From: Gemmatimonadales bacterium
GTDB lineage: Bacteria; Gemmatimonadota; Gemmatimonadetes; Gemmatimonadales; GWC2-71-9
DNA: 62,478 nucleotides
Assembly: GCA_036002655.1 (NCBI GenBank)
Contig: DASYTD010000139.1
Location: 1 to 62,478 of the forward strand
Reading direction: 5' to 3'
The position numbers and the translations under genes were made by a program. The notes under the pieces are model-generated. The model was not told the origin of the DNA. It made no database searches and saw only the letters and a list, made by a program, of their open reading frames with translations. Shown in pieces: positions 1 to 7,299 of this stretch. Numbering within the stretch: the first letter of the stretch is position 1; the number at the start of each line of letters is the position of its first letter.

Positions 1-167
1 CCTTTGAATGACAGTTCCGCAGTAACGATCTGGCCTACGGCAGGTTCGGTGCCTAGAAGGCTCCAAGCAAGACGACAAAGTTCGTCCTCAAGCTGGCTAA
101 AGTAGGCGGTGACCCTACCCAGAGCGGTGAGATGCTTGTCACTAACGGGGCTAGAAAGACTTGCCAT
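1..167 (-). CDS. partial hypothetical protein (first 55 codons; runs off the left window edge); candidate integron cassette ORF
   Basis: Own minus-strand translation: ATG at 165-167, then MASLSSPVSDKHLTALGRVTAYFSQLEDELCRLAWSLLGTEPAVGQIVTAELSFK with no stop to position 3. Missing from the ORF track only because it is truncated. Lies in the lower-GC left edge, co-oriented with intI. The ATG is 10 nt after a GTTAGGC box. Confidence 0.3.
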   Translation of the reverse strand, partial: MASLSSPVSDKHLTALGRVTAYFSQLEDELCRLAWSLLGTEPAVGQIVTAELSFK

Positions 168-177
168 CGTGGCGGCG

Positions 178-277
178 GCCTAACGTGAATTGGACATACC
201 TGTCTAAACTAAACTGCAAGCGTTCGTTCGCTACGTATGCTACATCCCTCAAGCTAGGTGCCTCTGGTTAGACAGGT
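178..277 (-). other. candidate integron recombination site (attI/attC-like)
   Basis: On the minus strand, GTCTAAC (273->267) fits RYYYAAC and GTTAGGC (184->178) fits GTTRRRY. ACCTGTCTAAC (277->267) can pair with GTT-T-AGACAGGT (209->198), leaving one bulged T. Lies 17-116 nt past the intI stop. Confidence 0.3.
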
Positions 278-293
278 CAGCCTAAACAAATTA

Positions 294-1268
294 TTACAGC
301 GTGTCTGCGGGGCTTCTAACGCCCATGCCTCCCCGATTGAGCACGTGCGTGTAAATCATCGTAGTGGCGACGTTGCGATGGCCCAGCAGCTCCTGCACCG
401 TACGGATATCGTAACCCGCTTCAAGCAGGTGAGTTGCAAACGAATGCCGCAGCGTGTGGCAGCTCGCCGCCTTCGGGATGCCGCTGGCCCGTAGCGCCTC
501 CTTGAAGGCCCGCTGCACCACCGTCTCGTGGAGGTGATGACGCCGCCGTTGACCGGTCTGCGGATCCGTGTACATACGACCCGCTGGAAAAACCCATTGC
601 CACGCCCATTCTCGGCCCGCATTCGGGTACTTGAGGAACAACGCCCCCGGCATCTCCACCCAACCGGCACCTGCCGCCAGGTCCCGCTCATGCTCCGTGC
701 GAACCTCGGCTAGGTGCTTCAACAACTGGCCCTTCAACCGCTCGGGCAACATCGTGCGGCGATCCCGATCGCCCTTGCCGCCCCGCACCGTGATCTCGTT
801 CGCCCCGAAGTCCACATCCTTCACCCGTAGGCGCAGCGCTTCGAGCAGGCGCATCCCCGTCCCATACAGTAGGGCGGTAATCAGCGCCGGCGCGCCTCGG
901 CCCCTCATCTGCGCGAACACCTTCCGCACTTCGTCTCGCGTGAATACGACCGGGACACGAACCGACTGCTTCGCCCGCACTAGCGTGGTTAACCAGCCCA
1001 CCGGCACCTGCAATACATCGCGATAGAGAAACATGATCGCCGCGAGCGCCTGGTTCTGCGTCGCTGCGCTGACCTTGCAGTCCACTGCCAAACTCGAGAG
1101 GAAACGGGTGACGTCGCCCACGCCCAGCTCGCGCGGATGACGCGTGCCACAGAAACGAATGAAGCGACGCACCCACTGAACGTACGCCTCCTCCGTCCGC
1201 GAACTGTAATGTCTGGTGCGAATGGCGACGCGCAGCTGCGTGAGTAATGGCGGGGCAGAGGAAGCCAT
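294..1268 (-). CDS. intI: integron integrase IntI (tyrosine recombinase)
   Basis: 324 aa. N-terminal core-binding motif [23 protein letters not shown]. Catalytic boxes [26 protein letters not shown] and [14 protein letters not shown]. Carries the IntI-specific insertion [21 protein letters not shown]...RRRHHLHE that XerC/D lack. Confidence 0.9.
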   Translation of the reverse strand: MASSAPPLLTQLRVAIRTRHYSSRTEEAYVQWVRRFIRFCGTRHPRELGVGDVTRFLSSLAVDCKVSAATQNQALAAIMFLYRDVLQVPVGWLTTLVRAKQSVRVPVVFTRDEVRKVFAQMRGRGAPALITALLYGTGMRLLEALRLRVKDVDFGANEITVRGGKGDRDRRTMLPERLKGQLLKHLAEVRTEHERDLAAGAGWVEMPGALFLKYPNAGREWAWQWVFPAGRMYTDPQTGQRRRHHLHETVVQRAFKEALRASGIPKAASCHTLRHSFATHLLEAGYDIRTVQELLGHRNVATTMIYTHVLNRGGMGVRSPADTL

Positions 1269-1347
1269 GTCGTACCGTAACCACGCGGGAGGAAAACGCG
1301 GTACCCAAAAAACTCAGCAGCGAGCGCCCCGGATCCTTATCAGCGCG

Positions 1348-1740
1348 TCACAATGTCAGCCCGTCAGCGCCCGTCAGCCCGTCAGCGCCCGTCAGCCGTC
1401 CGCCAGCCCGCCCGTCGGCCGTCCTCCGCAGATCCCACAGGATCGCAATCGGCCCCACAATCGCCAGCGCCAGCAGCGGCGGCGACACGTACAGCGGCCG
1501 CAGCAGGGCGAGCTGGAAATCGCCCGCCAACCGGATCAGCGTCTCGACCACCGCCACGATCGCAACGACCACCATCCTGCCGCGCCGCGTGCTCACCGTG
1601 GTCCGCGGATCGGTCACCATAAAAAACACGAACAGCTGATACATCGGCCCCGTGATCGGCGCCAGCTCGGCGAGCAACGGGCCACCCACGATGACGTCCC
1701 CCCGCGCGCGAAGTTTTCTGCCTGAGCGATAGGGGGTGGG
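1348..1740 (-). pseudogene. 3' fragment of an integral membrane protein gene (N-terminus missing)
   Basis: Only the C-terminal ~115 aa of ORF 1348..1935 look real: TM-like GPLLAELAPITGPMYQLFVFFMVTDPRT...LALAIVGPIAILWDL. The upstream part is Arg-rich and overlaps the integrase fragment. No credible start codon. Confidence 0.4.
1355..1397. repeat. tandem repeat, 18-nt unit GTCAGCCCGTCAGCGCCC x ~2.4
   Basis: Direct reading: gtcagccc gtcagcgccc gtcagccc gtcagcgccc gtcagcc. Encodes the ...TGADGLTGADGLTL tail of the truncated membrane ORF. Confidence 0.85.
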
Positions 1741-1747
1741 CGCCTGA

Positions 1748-2247
1748 CAGGGCAGCGACACCAAGAACCGGGCGGGGCGGACGTTCCCGTTCGCGGTGCT
1801 GCCTGCCCTGGCTAAGCTCCTCGATCGGCAGCGCGCGCTCGTGACGGCGCTCGAGCGGCAGCTCGGCCGCGTCACCCGCATGTGTTCGTCCGCGAGAGCG
1901 GGGCGCGGATCCGCAACTTCTACCACGCCTGGCACTCAGCCTGCGAGCGCGCGGCGGTGAAGCGCCGCGGCGCGATGGAGGTCTTTGAGCGACCCGAACT
2001 GCTCGGGCGGGTGCCTCACGACTTCCGCCGCACGGCCGTGCGGAACCTGGTACGCGCCGGCGTGCCTGAGCGGGTGGCGATGCAGCTGACGGGCCACAAG
2101 ACACGGGCGATCTTCGACCGCTACAACATCGTCAACGAGGCGGACCTGTCGGAGGGCGTGGAGAAGCTGGCCGCGTTCTTCGCGGGCGCCGGGCGGCCGG
2201 CGTCGAGGGGGACAATAGGGGGACAATTCGCCGCGGGAGGCATTTGA
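1748..2247 (+). pseudogene. phage/P4-type tyrosine integrase, N-terminally truncated and frameshifted
   Basis: Frame 2 (1748-1880) reads [43 protein letters not shown]. Frame 1 (1882-2247) continues [18 protein letters not shown]...[39 protein letters not shown] (the H-x-x-R ... Y catalytic end). The frames join only if one C is added to the CCC run at 1875-1877. About 200 N-terminal residues are absent. Ends 30 nt from the tRNA-Sec 3' end. Confidence 0.7.
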
Positions 2248-2277
2248 CCATGTTCAGCGCATTGCTGCAACTCGTTG

Positions 2278-2371
2278 TGGCGGGAGCGTGTAGGAATCGA
2301 ACCTACCGAGCCCCGTTAGGGGCCCAAACAGTTTTGAAGACTGCTCAGGCCACCAGGCCCGATCCACTCCC
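2278..2371 (-). tRNA. selC: tRNA-Sec (selenocysteine, anticodon UCA), CCA encoded
   Basis: Reverse complement: GGGAGTGG AT CGGGCC-TGGT-GGCCTG A GCAGT-CTTCAAA-ACTGT TT GGGCCCC-TAAC-GGGGCTC G GTAGG-TTCGATT-CCTAC ACGCTCCC G CCA. Has a 6-bp D stem with 4-nt loop, a long 7-bp variable arm, an extended acceptor, U33-UCA-A37 and a length of 94 nt. These are bacterial tRNA-Sec hallmarks. Confidence 0.85.
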
Positions 2372-2376
2372 GCGCG

Positions 2377-3405
2377 TTAGAACGGCGGCTTTCCGACCCC
2401 ACCGCCTCCCCGACCCGCCCGCATGCGCTGGAGATTGGGACTGGGCAGCGGTCCGGTATCCACCACCACGAAGGCCCGCTCGGCGAGCGGCACGCCATCG
2501 TTCCGGTACTGCATGCGCCACACCCCCGGTGTCAGGTATCCGGGGATCGCGTGCCAGCCCCACCACCAGCTCAAGCTATAGAACTGCGGCAGGGTATCGG
2601 ACGCCGTAAAAAAGAGCGCACCGTCAGGCCGGTACAGTCGGAACTCCGTCACCGTGCCCGCGGGTGCGTTCATGAGCTCGACCCACATCGTCACCTTTGG
2701 ATCGGCCACCGTGAAGCTCGTGACTTGGGCCGGAGGATCCTTTACGAGATCGAGTGTAAGGTCGGCATCGGTCAGTCCCGACCCGTACAGGGAGAACGCA
2801 TCCTGATAGGATCGCTGCACCGACCAGCGGGATTGCTGCGCGCCGCACGCGCCCACCCAGGGATCGATCAGGGCGTCATCCGCGTCGTGCACCTCGAAGT
2901 GCAGGTGTGGAATGTCGGAAAACCCCGAGCTACCGACGTAGCCCAACACGTCCGACGCCTGCACCTGCTGCCCGACGTTGACTGCGATGGAGTTGTGCTT
3001 GAGATGGAGGTAGCGCGACTGCACGCCGTCCGGATGCCGGAGGACGACGTAGTTCGGGACGGCGCCGGTGATCCAACGTTTCTGGCGGTCGAACTCGCCG
3101 TCGTGGGTCTCCACGACGGTTCCGGGGGCGGCAGCGAGCACCGGAACGCCGGAGTCCATAACCGCGAAATTGGCGAGGGTGATGTCCGTTCCCGCGTGGC
3201 CGTTGTAGGTCTTGACACCACAGGCGTAATCGCGAATGCCGGTCCCCGCCTGCTCGTCCACGTAGTTCAAATAGAAAAACGTCTGATTGAGCGCCCCGGC
3301 GAGCGGCTCGGCGAACTCGGTCGCGACGACCTCCGGACCGGACTTATCGCCGCATCCCAGCGCCAGCGACGCCGCCAGCGCGGCGCTCAGCACTCGCGCC
3401 CTCAT
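2377..3405 (-). CDS. M23 family metallopeptidase lipoprotein
   Basis: Lipobox MRARVLSAALAASLALGCG. M23 motifs GHAGTDI and GSSGFSDIPHLHFEV. ATGA overlap with the ridA stop. Confidence 0.85.
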   Translation of the reverse strand: MRARVLSAALAASLALGCGDKSGPEVVATEFAEPLAGALNQTFFYLNYVDEQAGTGIRDYACGVKTYNGHAGTDITLANFAVMDSGVPVLAAAPGTVVETHDGEFDRQKRWITGAVPNYVVLRHPDGVQSRYLHLKHNSIAVNVGQQVQASDVLGYVGSSGFSDIPHLHFEVHDADDALIDPWVGACGAQQSRWSVQRSYQDAFSLYGSGLTDADLTLDLVKDPPAQVTSFTVADPKVTMWVELMNAPAGTVTEFRLYRPDGALFFTASDTLPQFYSLSWWWGWHAIPGYLTPGVWRMQYRNDGVPLAERAFVVVDTGPLPSPNLQRMRAGRGGGGVGKPPF

Positions 3406-3785
3406 TGCCCCCCCTTGGCGGCGATCACGTCAATTTCCACGCGTGCGCCTTTGGGGAGGCCGGCGGCCTGCACCGTCGAGCGGGCCGGCTTGTGCGCGCC
3501 GAAGTGCTTCGCATACACCTCGTTCATCTGCGCGAAGTCGGCCATGTCCGCCAGGTAGACCGTCGTCTTGATGACGTTGCCGAGCGCGGTGCCCGCGGCG
3601 CTGAGCACCGCCTTCAGGTTGACGAAGACCTGCTCCGTCTGCTCCGCCGTGGTGCGCCCGACCAGGTCGCCGCTCTGCGGATCGAGCGCCACCTGGCCGG
3701 CGGTGAAGATCAAGCTCTCGGTCGCAATCGCCTGGCTGTACGGACCAATCGCCTTGGGCGCGGCATCGGTTGCGATGATACGCAT
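3402..3785 (-). CDS. ridA: RidA/YjgF family reactive-intermediate deaminase
   Basis: 127 aa. Contains APKAIGPYSQAI...IFTAGQVALDP...RVEIDVIA, typical of the YjgF/RidA fold. Confidence 0.85.
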   Translation of the reverse strand: MRIIATDAAPKAIGPYSQAIATESLIFTAGQVALDPQSGDLVGRTTAEQTEQVFVNLKAVLSAAGTALGNVIKTTVYLADMADFAQMNEVYAKHFGAHKPARSTVQAAGLPKGARVEIDVIAAKGGQ

Positions 3786-5476
3786 CAGAACAGTCCCTCG
3801 ATCGTCCCGTCAGGATGGAGGCGGACGCGCTCCGCCGCCGGACTTTTGCCGAGCCCCGGCATCGTCATGATGTCGCCCGCGAGTGCGACGATGAAGCCGG
3901 CGCCCGCCGACGGCAAGATGTCGCGCACGTGGAGTGTGAATCCGGTGGGAGCACCAAGTTGCGTGGCGTCGTCGGTGAAGGAGTATTGCGTCTTGGCCAT
4001 GCACACGGGCGTCTCGCCCAGCCCCAATTTGGGCAGCAGCTCGAGCGCTCGTTCCGCCGGCGGCGCGAACGCGACGGCGGCGGCGCCGTAGATCTCGCGC
4101 GCGATCGTCTCGATTTTCTCGCGGATCGGACGGCGTTCGTCATACAACGGCTTGAACGCCGCCTTGCTCGTCTTGAGCAAACCCAGCAGCGCCTCCGCGA
4201 CCGCAAGCCCACCTTCCCCGCCCTTCTCCCACACATCGCAGCGAACCACTTCGACGCCTTCGGCGGCGCCGACCGCCCGCACGGCTTCCACCTCTTCATC
4301 GGTGTCCGTGATGAACCGGTTCAGGGCGACAACGGCGGGGATTCCAAACTTCTTCACGTTGCGAATGTGACGGCGCAGGTTCTCTGATCCCCGCTGCACG
4401 GCAGCGGCGCTCGCTACCCCAAGTTGATCCTTCTTGACGCCGCCGTGCACTTTCAACGCTCGCACGGTCGCGACGATGATCGCGGCTTCGGGTTTGAGGC
4501 CGGCGAAGCGGCACTTGATGTCGAAGAACTTCTCCGCACCGAGGTCGGCACCGAAACCCGTTTCGGTCAGCACGATGTCCGCGAGCGCCAGTCCGAGCTT
4601 CGTGGCCACGACCGAATTGCATCCGTGCGCGATGTTGCCGAAGGGCCCGCAATGGACCAGCGCCGGACCGCCCTCGAGTGTCTGCACGAGGTTCGGGTTG
4701 ATCGCGTCTTTCAGCAGCAGCGTCATGGCGCCCTGCGCCTTGAGATCGCTGGCGCGCACGGCAGTCTTGTCGCCGCGCAGGCCCACGATGATGCGCGCGA
4801 GGCGCGCTTCGAGATCCTGGAGTCCGGTCGCCAGCGCGAGGATCGCCATGATCTCCGAGCCGGGGATGATGACGAACCGCTCTTCGCGCGGTGGTCCGCC
4901 GTTCAACCCGCCCAGCCCGACGAGGATGCTGCGCAGCGCCCGGTCGTTCATGTCGATGGTCCGGGGCCACGTGATGCGCCGCACGTCAATGCCCAGCGCG
5001 TTGCCGTGGTGGAGATGCGCGTCGAGCAGAGCGGACAGCAGATTGTGCGCGCTGGTGATCGCGTGGAAGTCACCGGTGAAGTGGAGATTGATGTCCTCCA
5101 TCGGCACGACCTGGGAATAGCCACCGCCCGCCGCGCCGCCCTTCACGCCGAACACGGGACCGAGCGACGGCTCCCGTATGGCGAGAATGGCGTTCTTCCC
5201 AAGCCGCCTGAGCGCCTGCGTCACCCCCACCGTGACCGTGGACTTCCCTTCCCCCGCCGGCGTGGGGCTGATGCCGGTGACGAGCACGAGCCGTCCCTTG
5301 GACGCGCGCTGCTCGAGGGCGCGGAGCGAGATCTTCGCTTTGTACTTGCCGTACAGCTCCAGCTCGTCATCCGACAAGCCCAGCTCCGCCGCGACATCCC
5401 GAATGGGCCGAAGCTTCGCAGCCTGTGCGATCGCGATGTCGGACGGAACCTTGATGGCGATCGGGGGGGCGGTCAT
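3785..5476 (-). CDS. fhs: formate--tetrahydrofolate ligase
   Basis: 563 aa. Contains TGISPTPAGEGKSTVTVG and the C-terminal GDIMTMPGL motif of FTHFS. Confidence 0.9.
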   Translation of the reverse strand: MTAPPIAIKVPSDIAIAQAAKLRPIRDVAAELGLSDDELELYGKYKAKISLRALEQRASKGRLVLVTGISPTPAGEGKSTVTVGVTQALRRLGKNAILAIREPSLGPVFGVKGGAAGGGYSQVVPMEDINLHFTGDFHAITSAHNLLSALLDAHLHHGNALGIDVRRITWPRTIDMNDRALRSILVGLGGLNGGPPREERFVIIPGSEIMAILALATGLQDLEARLARIIVGLRGDKTAVRASDLKAQGAMTLLLKDAINPNLVQTLEGGPALVHCGPFGNIAHGCNSVVATKLGLALADIVLTETGFGADLGAEKFFDIKCRFAGLKPEAAIIVATVRALKVHGGVKKDQLGVASAAAVQRGSENLRRHIRNVKKFGIPAVVALNRFITDTDEEVEAVRAVGAAEGVEVVRCDVWEKGGEGGLAVAEALLGLLKTSKAAFKPLYDERRPIREKIETIAREIYGAAAVAFAPPAERALELLPKLGLGETPVCMAKTQYSFTDDATQLGAPTGFTLHVRDILPSAGAGFIVALAGDIMTMPGLGKSPAAERVRLHPDGTIEGLF

Positions 5477-6264
5477 AGCGAGGGCTCGATCCGCGCGCCG
5501 AAGCAGCGTCGCGCGTTCTCGGTGGTGCGCTGCGCGAGCGCCTCGAACGTCTCACCGCGCAGCACCGCCGCCCGCTCGGCCACGTCCCGCACATAGCCGG
5601 GCTCGTTGCGCTTCCCGCGATGCGGCACGGGCGCGAGATAGGGCGCGTCCGTCTCGACCAGCAGGCGGTCGGGCGGACAGGCGGTCAGGCGGTCGCTCAA
5701 TGTCCAGTTCTTGAAAGTGATCATGCCGCTGAAGGAGAAATATGCACCGATGGTCATCCCCGCGTCCCACACCTCGTCGCCCGATGAAAAGCTGTGCAGC
5801 ACCACCACCGGCGGCCGCTGACCCAGCGCCCGCAGCATCGCGGCCATATCGGCGTCGGCTGCGCGCGCGTGGACGACGACGGGCTTCTTTAGCTCCACCG
5901 CGAGGGCGAGTTGCGCCTCGAACGCGCTGCGCTGACTCTCGCGCGGGGAGTGCATGTAATGGAAGTCGAGACCTGTTTCACCCACCGCGACCACTTCGGG
6001 CGCGGCGAGCAGCTCGCGCACGCGCGCGTCTGCTTCGCGCGACCAGGTCCGCGCTTCGTGGGGATGCACGCCAGCCGTCGCAGACAACCCCCGCGCGTTC
6101 CGCGCCAACGCCGCGGCGCGCTCGCTTCCCCGCAGCGACTCTCCGATCACCACGATATGCCCGACGCCGGCGGCGCCGGCCCGCGTGAGCACCGCTTCAC
6201 GATCGGCGTCGAACGCGGCATCGCCGAGATGGCAGTGGGTATCAGTCAGCGCGGGGCGCAGCAC
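5473..6264 (-). CDS. tatD: TatD family metal-dependent hydrolase/DNase
   Basis: 263 aa. GTG start, then LTDTHCHL, and ETDAPYL near the C-terminus. Confidence 0.85.
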   Translation of the reverse strand: MLRPALTDTHCHLGDAAFDADREAVLTRAGAAGVGHIVVIGESLRGSERAAALARNARGLSATAGVHPHEARTWSREADARVRELLAAPEVVAVGETGLDFHYMHSPRESQRSAFEAQLALAVELKKPVVVHARAADADMAAMLRALGQRPPVVVLHSFSSGDEVWDAGMTIGAYFSFSGMITFKNWTLSDRLTACPPDRLLVETDAPYLAPVPHRGKRNEPGYVRDVAERAAVLRGETFEALAQRTTENARRCFGARIEPSL

Positions 6265-6276
6265 GCTGCGCCCCGT
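6251..6276 (-). promoter_or_regulatory. GC hairpin filling the secF-tatD junction with the tatD GTG start in its loop
   Basis: GGGGCGCAG (6253-6261) pairs with CTGCGCCCC (6266-6274) and is extendable by C6252-G6275. The loop 6262-6265 contains the GTG start codon (6262-6264, minus strand). Confidence 0.5.
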
Positions 6277-7299
6277 CTACCGCGTGGGTTGCGTCGCGCG
6301 AGGCGACGGTGAGGACGTCGGAGTCGCGGGGACGAACTGCGGCGTGGGTGCGCGGGACCCGAACGCTCGCGCGCCACGCGCATCCTCACCCGGCCAGCGC
6401 TTCTCGATCCACAGCAGCACGGGGGCCGCGATGTAGATCGACGAGAAGGTGCCGGTGAAGATGCCGAACGACATGACCCAGGCGAACGGCCGGATCACCT
6501 CGCCCGCGAGGAGCAGCAATGACAGCGTCGTCGCGATCGTGGTTCCGTGGGTCAGCACGGAACGCGGCAACGTCTCGCTGATCGAGAGGTTGAGAATCTC
6601 GTAGAGGTTTTGGCGCCGGTACTTGCGCAGGTTTTCGCGCACGCGGTCGAAGATGATGATCGTGTCGTTCAACGAGTAGCCCACGACCGTGAGTACCGCG
6701 CCGACGACGATGAGGCTGACCTCGAGGTGCATGACGCTGATGAACGCGATGGTGGCGACCACGTCGTGCGCCGTCGCGATGACCGCGGCGAGGCCGAAGC
6801 GCCACTCGAACCGGAACGCCAGATAGATCAGGGTGACGACGAAGCTCAGCAGGATCGCCAGCACCGCCTTGCCCTGCAGCTCCTGTCCGACTTTGGGGCT
6901 CACCGCGTCGCGGCGCACGATGGTGTACTGACCCGCCCCGACGCTCTGATCGAGTGCGCGACCGACCGCGGCGGCGACCGCCTGCGTGCTGGTCTCGTCG
7001 CTCGTACCAGCCGAATGCGCCAGACGCGCGCGGATCACATACGACGTATCGGAGCCGAACGTCTGAATTTCGGCGCCATTGAGGCCGACGTTGTCGAGCG
7101 CCGCCCGGATCTCGCCCATCCCGACCTGCTTGTGCGCCTCAACCTGGAGCAGCGTGCCGCCGGTGAACTCGATGCTGTAGTTGACGCCGCGCGTCAGCAG
7201 GAAGCCGAGCCCGACGAGCAGGATGGCGCCCGTGAGCGAGAACGCCCAGCGGCGCCATTTAATGAAGTCGTAGTTCGCGTTCGAAAAGAGTCTGATCAT
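6277..7299 (-). CDS. secF: protein translocase subunit SecF
   Basis: 340 aa. Multi-TM with the SecF pattern NYSIEFTGGT...GYSLNDTIIIFDRVREN. 1-nt TGATG junction with secD. Confidence 0.9.
   Translation of the reverse strand: MIRLFSNANYDFIKWRRWAFSLTGAILLVGLGFLLTRGVNYSIEFTGGTLLQVEAHKQVGMGEIRAALDNVGLNGAEIQTFGSDTSYVIRARLAHSAGTSDETSTQAVAAAVGRALDQSVGAGQYTIVRRDAVSPKVGQELQGKAVLAILLSFVVTLIYLAFRFEWRFGLAAVIATAHDVVATIAFISVMHLEVSLIVVGAVLTVVGYSLNDTIIIFDRVRENLRKYRRQNLYEILNLSISETLPRSVLTHGTTIATTLSLLLLAGEVIRPFAWVMSFGIFTGTFSSIYIAAPVLLWIEKRWPGEDARGARAFGSRAPTPQFVPATPTSSPSPRATQPTR

Noticed and set aside
258-494. 78-aa plus-strand ORF overlapping the intI 3' end
   Set aside because: It is antisense to a well-supported intI, has no motif, and begins in the att-like region.
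1269-1347. Looked for a classical attI (GTTRRRY core, divergent cassette) immediately upstream of intI
   Set aside because: There is no GTTRRRY box there. GGTTACGG fails the purine positions, and the adjacent DNA is a truncated membrane-gene tail rather than a cassette.
2244-2609. 121-aa plus-strand ORF spanning the tRNA-Sec and the M23 gene end
   Set aside because: It reads straight through the tRNA gene on the opposite strand, so it is an artefact.
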